Source: Promethearchaeati archaeon
GTDB taxonomy: Archaea > Asgardarchaeota > Atabeyarchaeia > Atabeyarchaeales > Atabeyarchaeaceae
Direction: 5' to 3'
DNA: 64,000 nt
Assembly: GCA_019058495.1 (NCBI GenBank)
Contig: JAHPYV010000002.1
Coordinates: 3,143-67,142, forward strand
Numbering within the stretch: position 1 is the first letter of the stretch; every line of letters begins with the position of its first letter. The position numbers and the translations under genes were made by a program. Under the pieces are notes generated by a model. The model searched no databases, was not told where the DNA came from, and worked only from the letters and a program-made list of their open reading frames with translations. Shown here one piece after another: positions 8,293-17,570 of this stretch.

Positions 8293-8631
8293 GTGATTGT
8301 CATGGGATGGCGAAATAGACGCAGGCACGGTAGAAGAGGGCGATTTCCAAAGCCCATCAGCGTAGAGAAGGCTCCAACAACAGACATGTTTACTCCCACT
8401 CCGGAAGGGAATCAGGAAGCGATCTGCATTGAGCCAGCCGAACTGGAAGCTCTCAGACTCGTAGACCTCGAAGGGCTCTCTCAAGAGGAGGCTGGAGAGA
8501 GAATGGGTGTCTCGAGGGGAACAGTATGGAGGTTCCTCCAGAGCGCAAGAAAGAAGACCACACAAGCCCTGACCGAAGGAAGAAGAATACAAATTCTTTC
8601 GGAAGAGGCCGGCCAGAGCAAACAAAATTGA
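8293..8631 (+). CDS. DUF134/UPF0251-family HTH protein (sigma-70 region-4-like)
   Basis: Arg-rich N-terminus, then LEALRLVDLEGLSQEEAGERMGVSRGTVWRFLQSARKK, which is typical of DUF134. Confidence 0.75.
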   Translation: MIVMGWRNRRRHGRRGRFPKPISVEKAPTTDMFTPTPEGNQEAICIEPAELEALRLVDLEGLSQEEAGERMGVSRGTVWRFLQSARKKTTQALTEGRRIQILSEEAGQSKQN

Positions 8632-8714
8632 TGATAAGATACATTCACCTGACATGCCCTCTTTTGCTTTTAGGAACCAAAGATTGATAAACTTCAGTTT
8701 TCCAGTGTCTTGTC

Positions 8715-8954
8715 ATGAAGGCTAGAATAAGGCTCATTATTGGTGCAGTACTACTAGTTGGGTTCGCGTTAGCTTGGGCTCCATGGATTACGGACAATTA
8801 TGCTATCGACAGAGTAGTTGAGGAATTGGGCGGTCCAGAAGCCCGTTTCACCTACCTCGGTGAAGACATGGCTCTAAGAGATGTTCCAAAGGAGGTTCAT
8901 TGGGTACCCTTTGGGAGATTTGTCACATTCCCAGGGGGGCAGGTTGGTTCGTGA
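8715..8954 (+). CDS. small hypothetical protein with N-terminal TM/signal anchor
   Basis: 79-aa ORF with hydrophobic N-terminus LIIGAVLLVGFALAWAPW. No recognisable family. Confidence 0.35.
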   Translation: MKARIRLIIGAVLLVGFALAWAPWITDNYAIDRVVEELGGPEARFTYLGEDMALRDVPKEVHWVPFGRFVTFPGGQVGS

Positions 8955-9752
8955 CATTCTATGGTAGTGTTGCCTAGACGAGCACTATCCGGATTATTCT
9001 GCTCCAGACCCTTAGTGCAACAAACCAAGATCAATCTTCTCTATGAGGATGAGCCCGATGAACATCCCTTCATTGAAGATGGCTTTTCGCGTCTGGCTGA
9101 TTGAGACATTGGTTTCAGGTTCAACTTCTTTATACTCATGAATATGATTTATGAATCGATGTGAGGGTTTCTGGTTGCGCACCAAATCGGAATGACCACC
9201 CAAATTGCGCATATCCTCGTTTTCGCGTATTTCCTGCTCCGATATGTCAAATAGTATGAAACCATAGACCTGATTCATGTTGGGCTTCTATGGTTGGGCT
9301 TGGAACTCTTATTTGAATGGAGAGGAAGTCTTGCTATAGGGCGTCTTGTCGGAGAGATCCTGATAAGCTGGAACGTCTTCGCGGGATATATGTGGCCATA
9401 CGTGCTGCTGACTTATCTGTTATCAAATCTCACTGTCGGCACAATTCTGCACCCAGGCAAATAAGGAGGATGAGTAACTCTCATTCTCTCACAACATGGA
9501 ATCTCAATCGCTACAGCATACTAGTTGATGTTGTAAGAGATGTTACTGAAAAGGGGTGTCTGATGAAACTAACGATCCGATGATGACTCGCCCCAATCTC
9601 AGAACTTTCATGCTTATTATATTCATTTTCGTGTGACAAAAGTTTAAAATAAGTTAAGCTCAAGTGGTCTCTAATTAGAATACTGCTCATCTTGAATAAG
9701 CTAATATTACAGAAGTTATGGTTATAGGTAATCAAAGGAGGCCAATTAACGA

Positions 9753-12101
9753 ATGGCAAATAAACCTGCAAGAATTAAGGCGAACGAAATCCAGTCGAGT
9801 TTTGGAATCATAAAAGGTCTAGATCTCAGCATCGGCAAAATAGTCACTGAAGAAGAAGCCGAATGGGAGCCAATGGGTCCCACCCCCTACCCTGCGGTTG
9901 AAACCTTGCGTTCATGGGATCAGAAATTACTAGCAAGGTACAAACCATTCTACACCCCGATCTGTGACATGTGTTGCCTTTGCACAATGGGCAAATGTGA
10001 CCTGACAGCAGGCAAGAAGGGAGCGTGCGGCATAAACATAGGTACGCAACAGGCTCGAATGTCCCTGATGGCAGGGCTTATGGGTTGTACAGCTCACGTT
10101 GCTCACGCCAGGCACCTAACGGAACATCTTATCAGGAAATATGGTCCGTCCACACCCATTTCACTCGGGGCTGAAATAGATGTCGAAGCTCCCAACATGA
10201 GACTGGTTCTGGGGACAAAGCCAAAGACACTAGAAGACCTTGAGGAAGGATTATCTTACTGCGAGCGCGAAGTAACACAGCTGTTAGCTTCTACTCACAC
10301 TGGACAAGAAGGTAGCAACTTGGACTATGAGTCGAAACTTCTCCATGCAGGCATGCTCGATCATGTTGGCATGGAAATCGCAGACATCGCTCAGATATCA
10401 GCTTATGGTTTTCCGAAGGGTGCCTCCGACGCTCCATTGGTCGACTGCGGCATGGGCACTGTTGATGCATCAAAACCCATGATTCTGTGTATAGGGCACA
10501 ACGTTGCTTCAGGCGTCGAGATAGCAGATTACCTGCATGCAAATAAGTTAGATGAGAAGGTTGAAGTCGGCGCCATTTGTTGCACGGCAATCGATCTTAC
10601 AAGATACTATACTGGAGCGAAAGTTGTGGGTCCCCTCTCTCAACAATTGAGATTCGTAAGATCGGGCGTTGCAGACGTAGTAATGACTGATGAGCAATGT
10701 GTGAGAACTGATATCCCTGAGGAAGCGCAGGTTGTCAGGGCGCCCGTTATCGCCACTAATGCAAAGATATGTTATGGATTCCCAGATCGTACAAGCGATC
10801 CAGCTGATCAGATAGTGAAAGATGTGGTATCAGGGGCGCAAAATGGTGTGCTTATACTCGATCCGTACAAAGCTGCTGAAGTAGCTGTCAAGGTCGCTGT
10901 CAGCATCGCACCCGCGAGAGCCAAGTTCAAGGCTCTGCCTGATGCAAGCAAGATTGTAGAGATTGCCAAGGGTTGCACAGGTTGTCAGAGTTGTCGAAGA
11001 GCATGTCCAAACGATCTGCACACAGACGAGGCTGTCCAACTAGCCAAGAAAGGAGATCTTTCTAAGCTAGCTGATCTGTATGAGTTCTGCATTGCGTGTG
11101 GAAAGTGTGAGCAAGCTTGCAACAAGGGCATACCGGTGACAAGCTTGATAACGGTTGCCGCTGAACGAAAGGTCAAACAGGAGCGATTCAAGATGCGAAG
11201 CGGGCGAGGTCCGGTACGGGACACAGAGATTCGTAATGTTGGCGGACCAATTGTATTAGGTGAAATACCCGGCATAGTCTTGTTCGCTGGTTGCTCCAAT
11301 TACCCTAACCACTTGGACGTCGGCGAGATGGCGGCAGAGTTCTTAAAAAGAGGCTTCATAGTAACAGCTACAGGTTGCTCGGCTATGGACATATCGAGAT
11401 ACAAGACAGAAGATGGAAAGTCGCTCTATGAGGAGTATCCGGGTGATTTCGACAGAGGTTGCTTGTCGAATATTGGCTCGTGCGTGTCTAATGCACACGT
11501 CACTGGCGCGGCCATCAAGGTTGCAAGCATCTTTGCAAGGAGACCACTAAGAGGGAATTATGAGGAGCTAGCTGATTACGTCTTGAATCGTGTAGCGGCA
11601 GTTGGAATCGTTTGGGGAACTTATAGTCAGAAAGCCGTATCGATTGGGACAGGAGCCAACAGACTTGGTGTTCCAGTAATCCTAGGTCCCCAAGGTAGCA
11701 AATATAGACGTATGATGGTCGGACGTGCCGATAAGGATGAGGACTGGTATATCTACGATGCTAGAACAGGCGACCGAACATATGTAGGACCAGTTCCTGA
11801 ACACTTGGTGTACGCTGCTGAATCCAAAGAGGAAGCTATGATCATGGGAGTGAAACTCTGTCTAAGAGCAAACGACACATCCAAGGGACGAAGTGTCAAG
11901 CTGTCTCACTACATCGACCTAACCAGGAAACTGCTCGGCAAAGAGTATCCAGACGACATTCACAAATTCATTCGCATGGAGTCAGATGTCCCACTAGTGT
12001 ACAAGGAAGACTTAATGAAGATGCTACAGAGCAAAGGGTGGAAACCAACAACAATACCTGACCCAACTCTCCTGAAAAGACTTGTAAGGACAAGCGGATG
12101 A
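9753..12101 (+). CDS. cdhA: CODH/ACS complex alpha subunit (Ni-CO dehydrogenase catalytic subunit, archaeal type)
   Basis: 782 aa. N-terminal Cys clusters (CDMCCLCTMGKCDL), ferredoxin insert CTGCQSCRRACP / CIACGKCEQAC. SD AAGGAGG lies 12 nt upstream. Followed by cdhB. Confidence 0.93.
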   Translation: MANKPARIKANEIQSSFGIIKGLDLSIGKIVTEEEAEWEPMGPTPYPAVETLRSWDQKLLARYKPFYTPICDMCCLCTMGKCDLTAGKKGACGINIGTQQARMSLMAGLMGCTAHVAHARHLTEHLIRKYGPSTPISLGAEIDVEAPNMRLVLGTKPKTLEDLEEGLSYCEREVTQLLASTHTGQEGSNLDYESKLLHAGMLDHVGMEIADIAQISAYGFPKGASDAPLVDCGMGTVDASKPMILCIGHNVASGVEIADYLHANKLDEKVEVGAICCTAIDLTRYYTGAKVVGPLSQQLRFVRSGVADVVMTDEQCVRTDIPEEAQVVRAPVIATNAKICYGFPDRTSDPADQIVKDVVSGAQNGVLILDPYKAAEVAVKVAVSIAPARAKFKALPDASKIVEIAKGCTGCQSCRRACPNDLHTDEAVQLAKKGDLSKLADLYEFCIACGKCEQACNKGIPVTSLITVAAERKVKQERFKMRSGRGPVRDTEIRNVGGPIVLGEIPGIVLFAGCSNYPNHLDVGEMAAEFLKRGFIVTATGCSAMDISRYKTEDGKSLYEEYPGDFDRGCLSNIGSCVSNAHVTGAAIKVASIFARRPLRGNYEELADYVLNRVAAVGIVWGTYSQKAVSIGTGANRLGVPVILGPQGSKYRRMMVGRADKDEDWYIYDARTGDRTYVGPVPEHLVYAAESKEEAMIMGVKLCLRANDTSKGRSVKLSHYIDLTRKLLGKEYPDDIHKFIRMESDVPLVYKEDLMKMLQSKGWKPTTIPDPTLLKRLVRTSG

Positions 12102-12144
12102 TTAGCGTTTGGTGAGGTGTAAAATAAAATTGTCTACTCGAACA

Positions 12145-12678
12145 ATGCCTTGGCAAACTGCAAACGTTCCAGGTCCGAAATTCGCCATGGATCTTAAGGG
12201 CGAAGTAGCAGGGAAAATGATCCAGAAGGCAAAGCGACCACTCTTAATCGTAGGGATTAACTCTGCGAAGGATGAGGTCAAGGGACGGAAACTTATAGAT
12301 TATGCCATCGAAATGGGAAAGGCAGGGGTCAAAATAGTAGCTACAGCCCACATGGTGAAAGAGTTCTCTAACCGTGGTTACAAAGTCGATGCAGACATGC
12401 CTGTAGTTAACATAACCGACAGACTGAAAGACCCAGAATGGAAGGGCATTGATGGACGCGGTGCTCACGACGTTGCAGTCTTCTTAGGCGTCCCGTACTA
12501 CTTTGAATCTCAGATGCTTTCGACGTTGAAAAACTTTGCACCCGATCTTAACACAATAGCCATCGATGCACAGTTTCAACCAAATGCTAAGTGGTCATTT
12601 CCAAATCTGAAGGAGAAAGACTACGAAGCAGAGCTGACCAGTATGATGACAGCCCTTAAAGAGAAGAAGTCTGCTTAG
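12145..12678 (+). CDS. cdhB: CODH/ACS complex epsilon subunit
   Basis: MPWQTANVPGPK...QKAKRPLLIVG is typical of CdhB, and the gene sits directly after cdhA. The ORF track begins at TTG 12109. Confidence 0.85.
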   Translation: MPWQTANVPGPKFAMDLKGEVAGKMIQKAKRPLLIVGINSAKDEVKGRKLIDYAIEMGKAGVKIVATAHMVKEFSNRGYKVDADMPVVNITDRLKDPEWKGIDGRGAHDVAVFLGVPYYFESQMLSTLKNFAPDLNTIAIDAQFQPNAKWSFPNLKEKDYEAELTSMMTALKEKKSA

Positions 12679-12693
12679 ATCCAAAGTAGACTC

Positions 12694-12708
12694 ACTTTTT
12701 CTATTTTG
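12694..12708 (+). terminator. oligo-T archaeal terminator candidate after cdhB
   Basis: CTTTTTCTATTTT 16 nt after the cdhB stop. Confidence 0.4.
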
Positions 12709-13032
12709 GGAAGGCACTTAGTTCCTTCAAAACTCGTTTTGGCGCGTTTTTCTACTTTATGGGTCGTTGTGAGAATTATGCAGAGGTTTGGTTTCTAAAC
12801 AATCTTGAAAGGGTCTCAAATCAGCCGTACCGTATTAACTGCTACGTCTAGACTTGACTAAAACGTAGTTTTGAAAAGTCAAGCAAGAACCTTGCTGTCA
12901 GCAGGATGCACTACTATAAACTTATAAGTATTAAGCAATTCTCATTGAAATGTCATTTGAATTAGATTAATTCACAATGAGTGTTAATGAAACATGTTGA
13001 AAATCCGACTAGCCCACGGAGAGTGATACAGG

Positions 13033-14448
13033 ATGAGTTCAAAAGGTCTTTTTGCAGACATACCTGTCGATGTTGGAGTAGTTTATGAAGGCGAAAGAAT
13101 CAGGTCACAGCAAATGTTCGTCGAACTTGGCGGACCAAATGAGGAAAGAAAGTTCGAGTTGGTGCAAGCAAGGAAACCAGAAGAGATCGAAGATGGCAAG
13201 TTCATAATAATTGGACCTGACATCAAAGACATGAAAGAAGGTGGTCACTACCCACTTGGAATCTTGGTCGAAGTAGCAGGAAAAGAAGTTGAGAGAGATC
13301 TTGAGTCAGTAATTGAACGTAGGATACACCAATACAGTAACTACATCCAAGGTTTCATGCACTTAAACCAGAGATATGACATCTGGTTCAGACTGAGCAA
13401 AGACTCGTTCAAGAAGGGATTCAACTCCTTCAAGTTCGTAGGAAAAGTTCTTCAGAAGCTCTACAAAGCAGAGCTTCCGATAATAGAAAAGATCCAAGTA
13501 ACTTTCATTACAGACCCCGAAAAAATCAAGGACTGGTACAACAAAGCACTTGAGATCTACGAAGCGCGAGATGCCAGAGCAAGAAAACTAAAGGAAGCCG
13601 ACGTCAAAGAATTCTATGGTTGCGTTCTATGCCAGTCATTTGCTCCGACCCATGTCTGTGTTATCACACCTGAGAGAGTATCACTCTGCGGCTCAATCAA
13701 CTGGTTTGACGCTAGAGCTGCAGCAAGGGTTGATCCTAAAGGACCCAACTTTATGATTCCGAAAGGGGAGCTTCTAGACCCTGAACGTGGAGAATACTCA
13801 GGTGCAGATGAAGCAGTTCAGAAGAAATCACTGGGTGGCGTCAAGAAAATTTTCTTACATAGCATGTTCGGACATCCACACACATCATGCGGCTGCTTCG
13901 AATCAATAGCATTCTACATCCCTGAAGTTGATGGCGTAGGAATAGTTGATAGACACTACAAGGGAAACGCAGTCAATGGTTTACCTTTCTCCGCCATGGC
14001 GAACGAAACCGGTGGAGGCAAACAGGTCGAAGGATTTGTAGGAATAGCAATCGAATACATGCGTTCACCAAGCTTCTTCAAGGCGGATGGAGGGTGGAAC
14101 AGAGTAGTTTGGCTGCCATCAACCGTCAAGGAACGAGTTAAGACCGCCATACCACCCGAACTGAAGGACAAAGTAGCGACAGAGAAGGAAGTTCAGAACA
14201 TTCAAGACCTGAAGACCTTCCTGAAGTTGAAAGCACACCCAGTAGTATCCAGATGGCCACCTGAAGAAGCAGTAGCCAAGGTTCCGACAGCTGAAGCTGC
14301 AGTAACTCCTGAAGCAATGCAACCCACGGTGGCCACCTCGACAATAACCCTACCCATAGGTGGAGGCGGGGGAATGGGCGGCTACAGACTAACGTTAAAG
14401 AACGTGAAGATCGTAGCCAAGAAGCTGATCCTGAAAAAGGCCAAATAA
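13033..14448 (+). CDS. cdhC: CODH/ACS complex beta subunit (acetyl-CoA synthase, A-cluster)
   Basis: 471 aa. CVLCQSFAPTHVCVITPERVSLCGSINWFDARAA and HTSCGCFE A-cluster region. Confidence 0.93.
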   Translation: MSSKGLFADIPVDVGVVYEGERIRSQQMFVELGGPNEERKFELVQARKPEEIEDGKFIIIGPDIKDMKEGGHYPLGILVEVAGKEVERDLESVIERRIHQYSNYIQGFMHLNQRYDIWFRLSKDSFKKGFNSFKFVGKVLQKLYKAELPIIEKIQVTFITDPEKIKDWYNKALEIYEARDARARKLKEADVKEFYGCVLCQSFAPTHVCVITPERVSLCGSINWFDARAAARVDPKGPNFMIPKGELLDPERGEYSGADEAVQKKSLGGVKKIFLHSMFGHPHTSCGCFESIAFYIPEVDGVGIVDRHYKGNAVNGLPFSAMANETGGGKQVEGFVGIAIEYMRSPSFFKADGGWNRVVWLPSTVKERVKTAIPPELKDKVATEKEVQNIQDLKTFLKLKAHPVVSRWPPEEAVAKVPTAEAAVTPEAMQPTVATSTITLPIGGGGGMGGYRLTLKNVKIVAKKLILKKAK

Positions 14449-14509
14449 ACCAGAGAAAGAAGAGTCTCAACGTTTGAGAGAATTATGACAACAGAGGAGA
14501 GAGTCAAAA

Positions 14510-15709
14510 ATGCCAAAGGAAGAGATCGAGAAGTTTGGGGAAGCACTACTTAAAGCGCTTCACGAAGCTAATGAGCTAACCTTGGAAGACACTGAGATCA
14601 ACGCAGAGGAACTTGTCATAGACTTGGTTCCTTTCGTTGGAGCGGCTGTCGGGGCGCCTGTTCAACTCCCTTCGTTGGGTGTAGGAGTTCCGCCAGTCCT
14701 AAAATACATCGAAGCAGTTTTTCAGCCGCCCAAGCTTGACTTAATTGGGAAAATAAACGAAGTGAGATATGGTGGTTCAAAAACCCGAAAGAAGATTGTC
14801 ATCGGTGGAGAAACTACCTTACCATTCTACAGATTTATGGCTCCTTCGCCGCACAGACCAGTCGTGACATTTGATATTTTTGATATGGAGCAACATCTAC
14901 CTAAGCCGATCAGGGTTAACTTCGAGGAAGTCATGGGGGATGCTGGCGAATGGGCTAAGCGTGCCGTTCAGAGGTTCGGAGCAGACGCTGTGACAATACA
15001 CCTTGTTAGTACCGACCCCTATATCAAAGACACACCAGTAGCAGAGGCAGCTAAGACTGTTGAGAAAGTTCTTCAAGCAGTAAATGTTCCTGTGTTGGTC
15101 GGTGGTTCAGGCAACAAGGAGAAAGATCCTGCAGTTCTCGAGAAGGGGGCCGAAGTGGCTCACGGCGAGAGGGTTTCACTGAACTCGGCAGCCCTCGACT
15201 TGGACTACAAGAGAATTGCGCGCGCCGCGAAGAAATATGACCATATTGTTTTGTCATGGACTTCACTTGATATGAACAACCAGAAGAAGTTAAACACTCT
15301 GCTATTGGATGAAGGCTTGCCTCAGGATCAGATCGTCATGGATCCAACATGTGCCGCTCTTGGCTATGGGCTTGAGTACTCATTCAGCATATACGAGCGC
15401 ATTAGGATTGCAGCCCTCAAAGGCGACACAGTTCTTGCAAACCCGATGAGTGCCGGCGCAACTAACGCATGGGGCGCAAGAGAAGCTTGGATGAGTGAGA
15501 AGAAAGTTCCAGCTTGGGGACCAAGTGAACTGAGGGGTCCAATATGGGAAGCTCTAACAAGCTTGACGCTCTGCTTGGCTGGGTGCAACATATTCATGAT
15601 GCTCCACCCAGGAAGCGTTAGAATGTTCAAGACGATGGTTGACTACCTATTGGCCGAGCCTAAGGCTTTAGCATCATCGATCGAAAACTGGGTAGCCATG
15701 AAATCCTGA
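14510..15709 (+). CDS. cdhD: CODH/ACS complex delta subunit (corrinoid Fe-S protein small subunit)
   Basis: 399 aa. Position between cdhC and cdhE, with a TIM-barrel CFeSP small-subunit-like sequence. Confidence 0.85.
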   Translation: MPKEEIEKFGEALLKALHEANELTLEDTEINAEELVIDLVPFVGAAVGAPVQLPSLGVGVPPVLKYIEAVFQPPKLDLIGKINEVRYGGSKTRKKIVIGGETTLPFYRFMAPSPHRPVVTFDIFDMEQHLPKPIRVNFEEVMGDAGEWAKRAVQRFGADAVTIHLVSTDPYIKDTPVAEAAKTVEKVLQAVNVPVLVGGSGNKEKDPAVLEKGAEVAHGERVSLNSAALDLDYKRIARAAKKYDHIVLSWTSLDMNNQKKLNTLLLDEGLPQDQIVMDPTCAALGYGLEYSFSIYERIRIAALKGDTVLANPMSAGATNAWGAREAWMSEKKVPAWGPSELRGPIWEALTSLTLCLAGCNIFMMLHPGSVRMFKTMVDYLLAEPKALASSIENWVAMKS

Positions 15710-15733
15710 AACAAAGGAGGTTAGTATCGAGAA

Positions 15734-17527
15734 ATGTCAAAAAGACCAAGTCCGTTGGAGCTTTACAAGTATCTCCCACAGACCAACTGTCGCAAATGCG
15801 GTGAGGACAGTTGTATGGCGTTTGCAATGAAACTTATCGATCGTTCAGCTGAACTAAATCAATGCACGCCTTTATTGACACCCGAATATAAGAAGCAACT
15901 GGAAACTCTCGAGAAACTAACTACACCGCCTGTTCGTGTGGTGAGATTCGGTGACGGACCAAGGGCAGCGAAGATAGGCGGAAAGGAAGTTGTTCACAGA
16001 CACGAATTGACCTACATTAACCCAACAGCCATTGCCATTGATGTTCATGATGAAATGCCTGAAGAATTAATCATTCAAAGAGTCAAAACGACAAGCGAGT
16101 TCAGCCAGATAAGGATCGGAAAAGAGTTGAAATTGGACGCAATAGCCGTGAGAAGTGTTTCATCCGATCCGAAGAGATTTGCAAAGGCCGTCGAAGCAGT
16201 AGCAAGGAACACCAATCTGCCCATGATCTTATGTTCATTTGATCCTAAGGTTCTAAAAGCTGGTCTCGAGGTTGCCAAGGGTAGGCGACCACTGCTATAT
16301 GCCGCTACAAGAGACAACTGGAAGGACGTAGCCTCATTAGCGGTTGAGTACAACACTCCTGCCACCGTTTTTGCACCTGGCGACTTATCGACCGTAAAAT
16401 CACTTGCTGTAACTCTTCAGAAAGGCGGGGTGCAAGGTATAGTTTTGGATCCTGGCACATTTTTCGGCGAGGGGCTGATAGGTCAGACTCTTGATAGATT
16501 CGTGATGCTGAGAAGAGCAGCAATTGAGGCAGGTGACGGAGATGTCGGTTGGCCGTTAATGGGAGTTCCCGCAGTAGTCTGGGCAGGACAGAATGGAACT
16601 CACACAAATGAGGAGCTGATTGAGCTAACGTCAAAGGAGTCCATCTTGGCATCTACTCTAATGTTAAGATACGCTGACATTTTGATATGTCATTCCCCTG
16701 ACATGTGGGCGCTGCTGCCTGAGGTTACCTTGAGGCAGAACTTGTACGCAGACCCAAGAATTCATCCAGCTGTTGAATCAGGGCTAAAGAGCGTAGGTGC
16801 TCCGAATGAGTGGTCTCCAGTATTCCTTACCACGAACTTCGCTCTGACCTATTATACAGTGCGTTCAGACATTGAACAGGCTAAGCTAGACGCGTGGATG
16901 TTAGTTCTTGACACGGGAGGCATCGGAGTTGAGAGCTCATCAGCAGGTGGACAATTGAATGCTGGAGCTCTAGGTGAACTAGTTAAGTCATCGGCGATAG
17001 CGACTAAAGTGAAACACAGAGCACTGGTAATACCTGGTATGGCGGCGAGGTTCCAAGGTGAGATGGAGGACACGACAAAGTGGGACATATTCGTTGGCCC
17101 AAGAGATTCTTCAGCCATACCTGATTTCATACGAGAGAAATACGTCGTGAAACCCGACATGAGATTCGTGGGTGAGCCAAAAGCGGAATCCCCAGTGTTG
17201 CTTACCACAAATGGATTCAAGTCCTACTACAATGTTAGAGTCTCGATCGAAGGCAAGATGGACGCATGGATTCTAACGCTCAATACTCAAGGCAAGGAAG
17301 TTGAACAAGCACTTAGCGAGAAACTACTGACACCTCAGAGTGTGGCGAAGCTGATAAATGATACAGAAATTGAAAAACAAGTCAAGCACAGGAAGCTCGT
17401 GGTTCCCGCTCAAGCTGAAAGCCTCAAGGCGGAGATAAAAAAGGCAACAGGTTGGGAAGTATTCGTTGCACCACCTGATTCCTCCAAGTTGCCAGATCTA
17501 CTCAAAAAGCTGCCTGGAAGCAAATAG
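15734..17527 (+). CDS. cdhE: CODH/ACS complex gamma subunit (corrinoid Fe-S protein large subunit) with duplicated C-terminal domain
   Basis: N-terminal [4Fe-4S] motif NCRKCGEDSCMAFAMKL. The canonical C-terminal domain (SPVFLTTNF...VKHRALVIPG) is followed by a second, diverged copy (SPVLLTTNG...VKHRKLVVPA). 597 aa. Confidence 0.88.
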   Translation: MSKRPSPLELYKYLPQTNCRKCGEDSCMAFAMKLIDRSAELNQCTPLLTPEYKKQLETLEKLTTPPVRVVRFGDGPRAAKIGGKEVVHRHELTYINPTAIAIDVHDEMPEELIIQRVKTTSEFSQIRIGKELKLDAIAVRSVSSDPKRFAKAVEAVARNTNLPMILCSFDPKVLKAGLEVAKGRRPLLYAATRDNWKDVASLAVEYNTPATVFAPGDLSTVKSLAVTLQKGGVQGIVLDPGTFFGEGLIGQTLDRFVMLRRAAIEAGDGDVGWPLMGVPAVVWAGQNGTHTNEELIELTSKESILASTLMLRYADILICHSPDMWALLPEVTLRQNLYADPRIHPAVESGLKSVGAPNEWSPVFLTTNFALTYYTVRSDIEQAKLDAWMLVLDTGGIGVESSSAGGQLNAGALGELVKSSAIATKVKHRALVIPGMAARFQGEMEDTTKWDIFVGPRDSSAIPDFIREKYVVKPDMRFVGEPKAESPVLLTTNGFKSYYNVRVSIEGKMDAWILTLNTQGKEVEQALSEKLLTPQSVAKLINDTEIEKQVKHRKLVVPAQAESLKAEIKKATGWEVFVAPPDSSKLPDLLKKLPGSK

Positions 17528-17555
17528 AAGCCGCTCGTAGCCTCAGCTTCCCAGT

Positions 17556-17570
17556 TCTTTCCTTTTTCTT
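17556..17570 (+). terminator. oligo-T archaeal terminator candidate after cdhE
   Basis: TTCTTTCCTTTTTCTT ~30 nt after the cdhE stop, flanked by CTTCC/GGAAG. Confidence 0.4.

Noticed and set aside
8925-8960. G6 homopolymer just before the stop of the 79-aa ORF. Considered as a possible frameshift extending the protein.
   Set aside because: The alternative frames terminate within 10-15 codons and give no recognisable sequence, so there is no evidence for a longer gene.
9012-9583. 88-aa ORFs 9012..9278 (-) and 9317..9583 (+) upstream of cdhA.
   Set aside because: They have no motifs, poor start contexts and Arg/Ser/Cys-rich composition (plus-strand ORF). They were left unannotated. They might be real small genes, but the sequence alone does not support a call.
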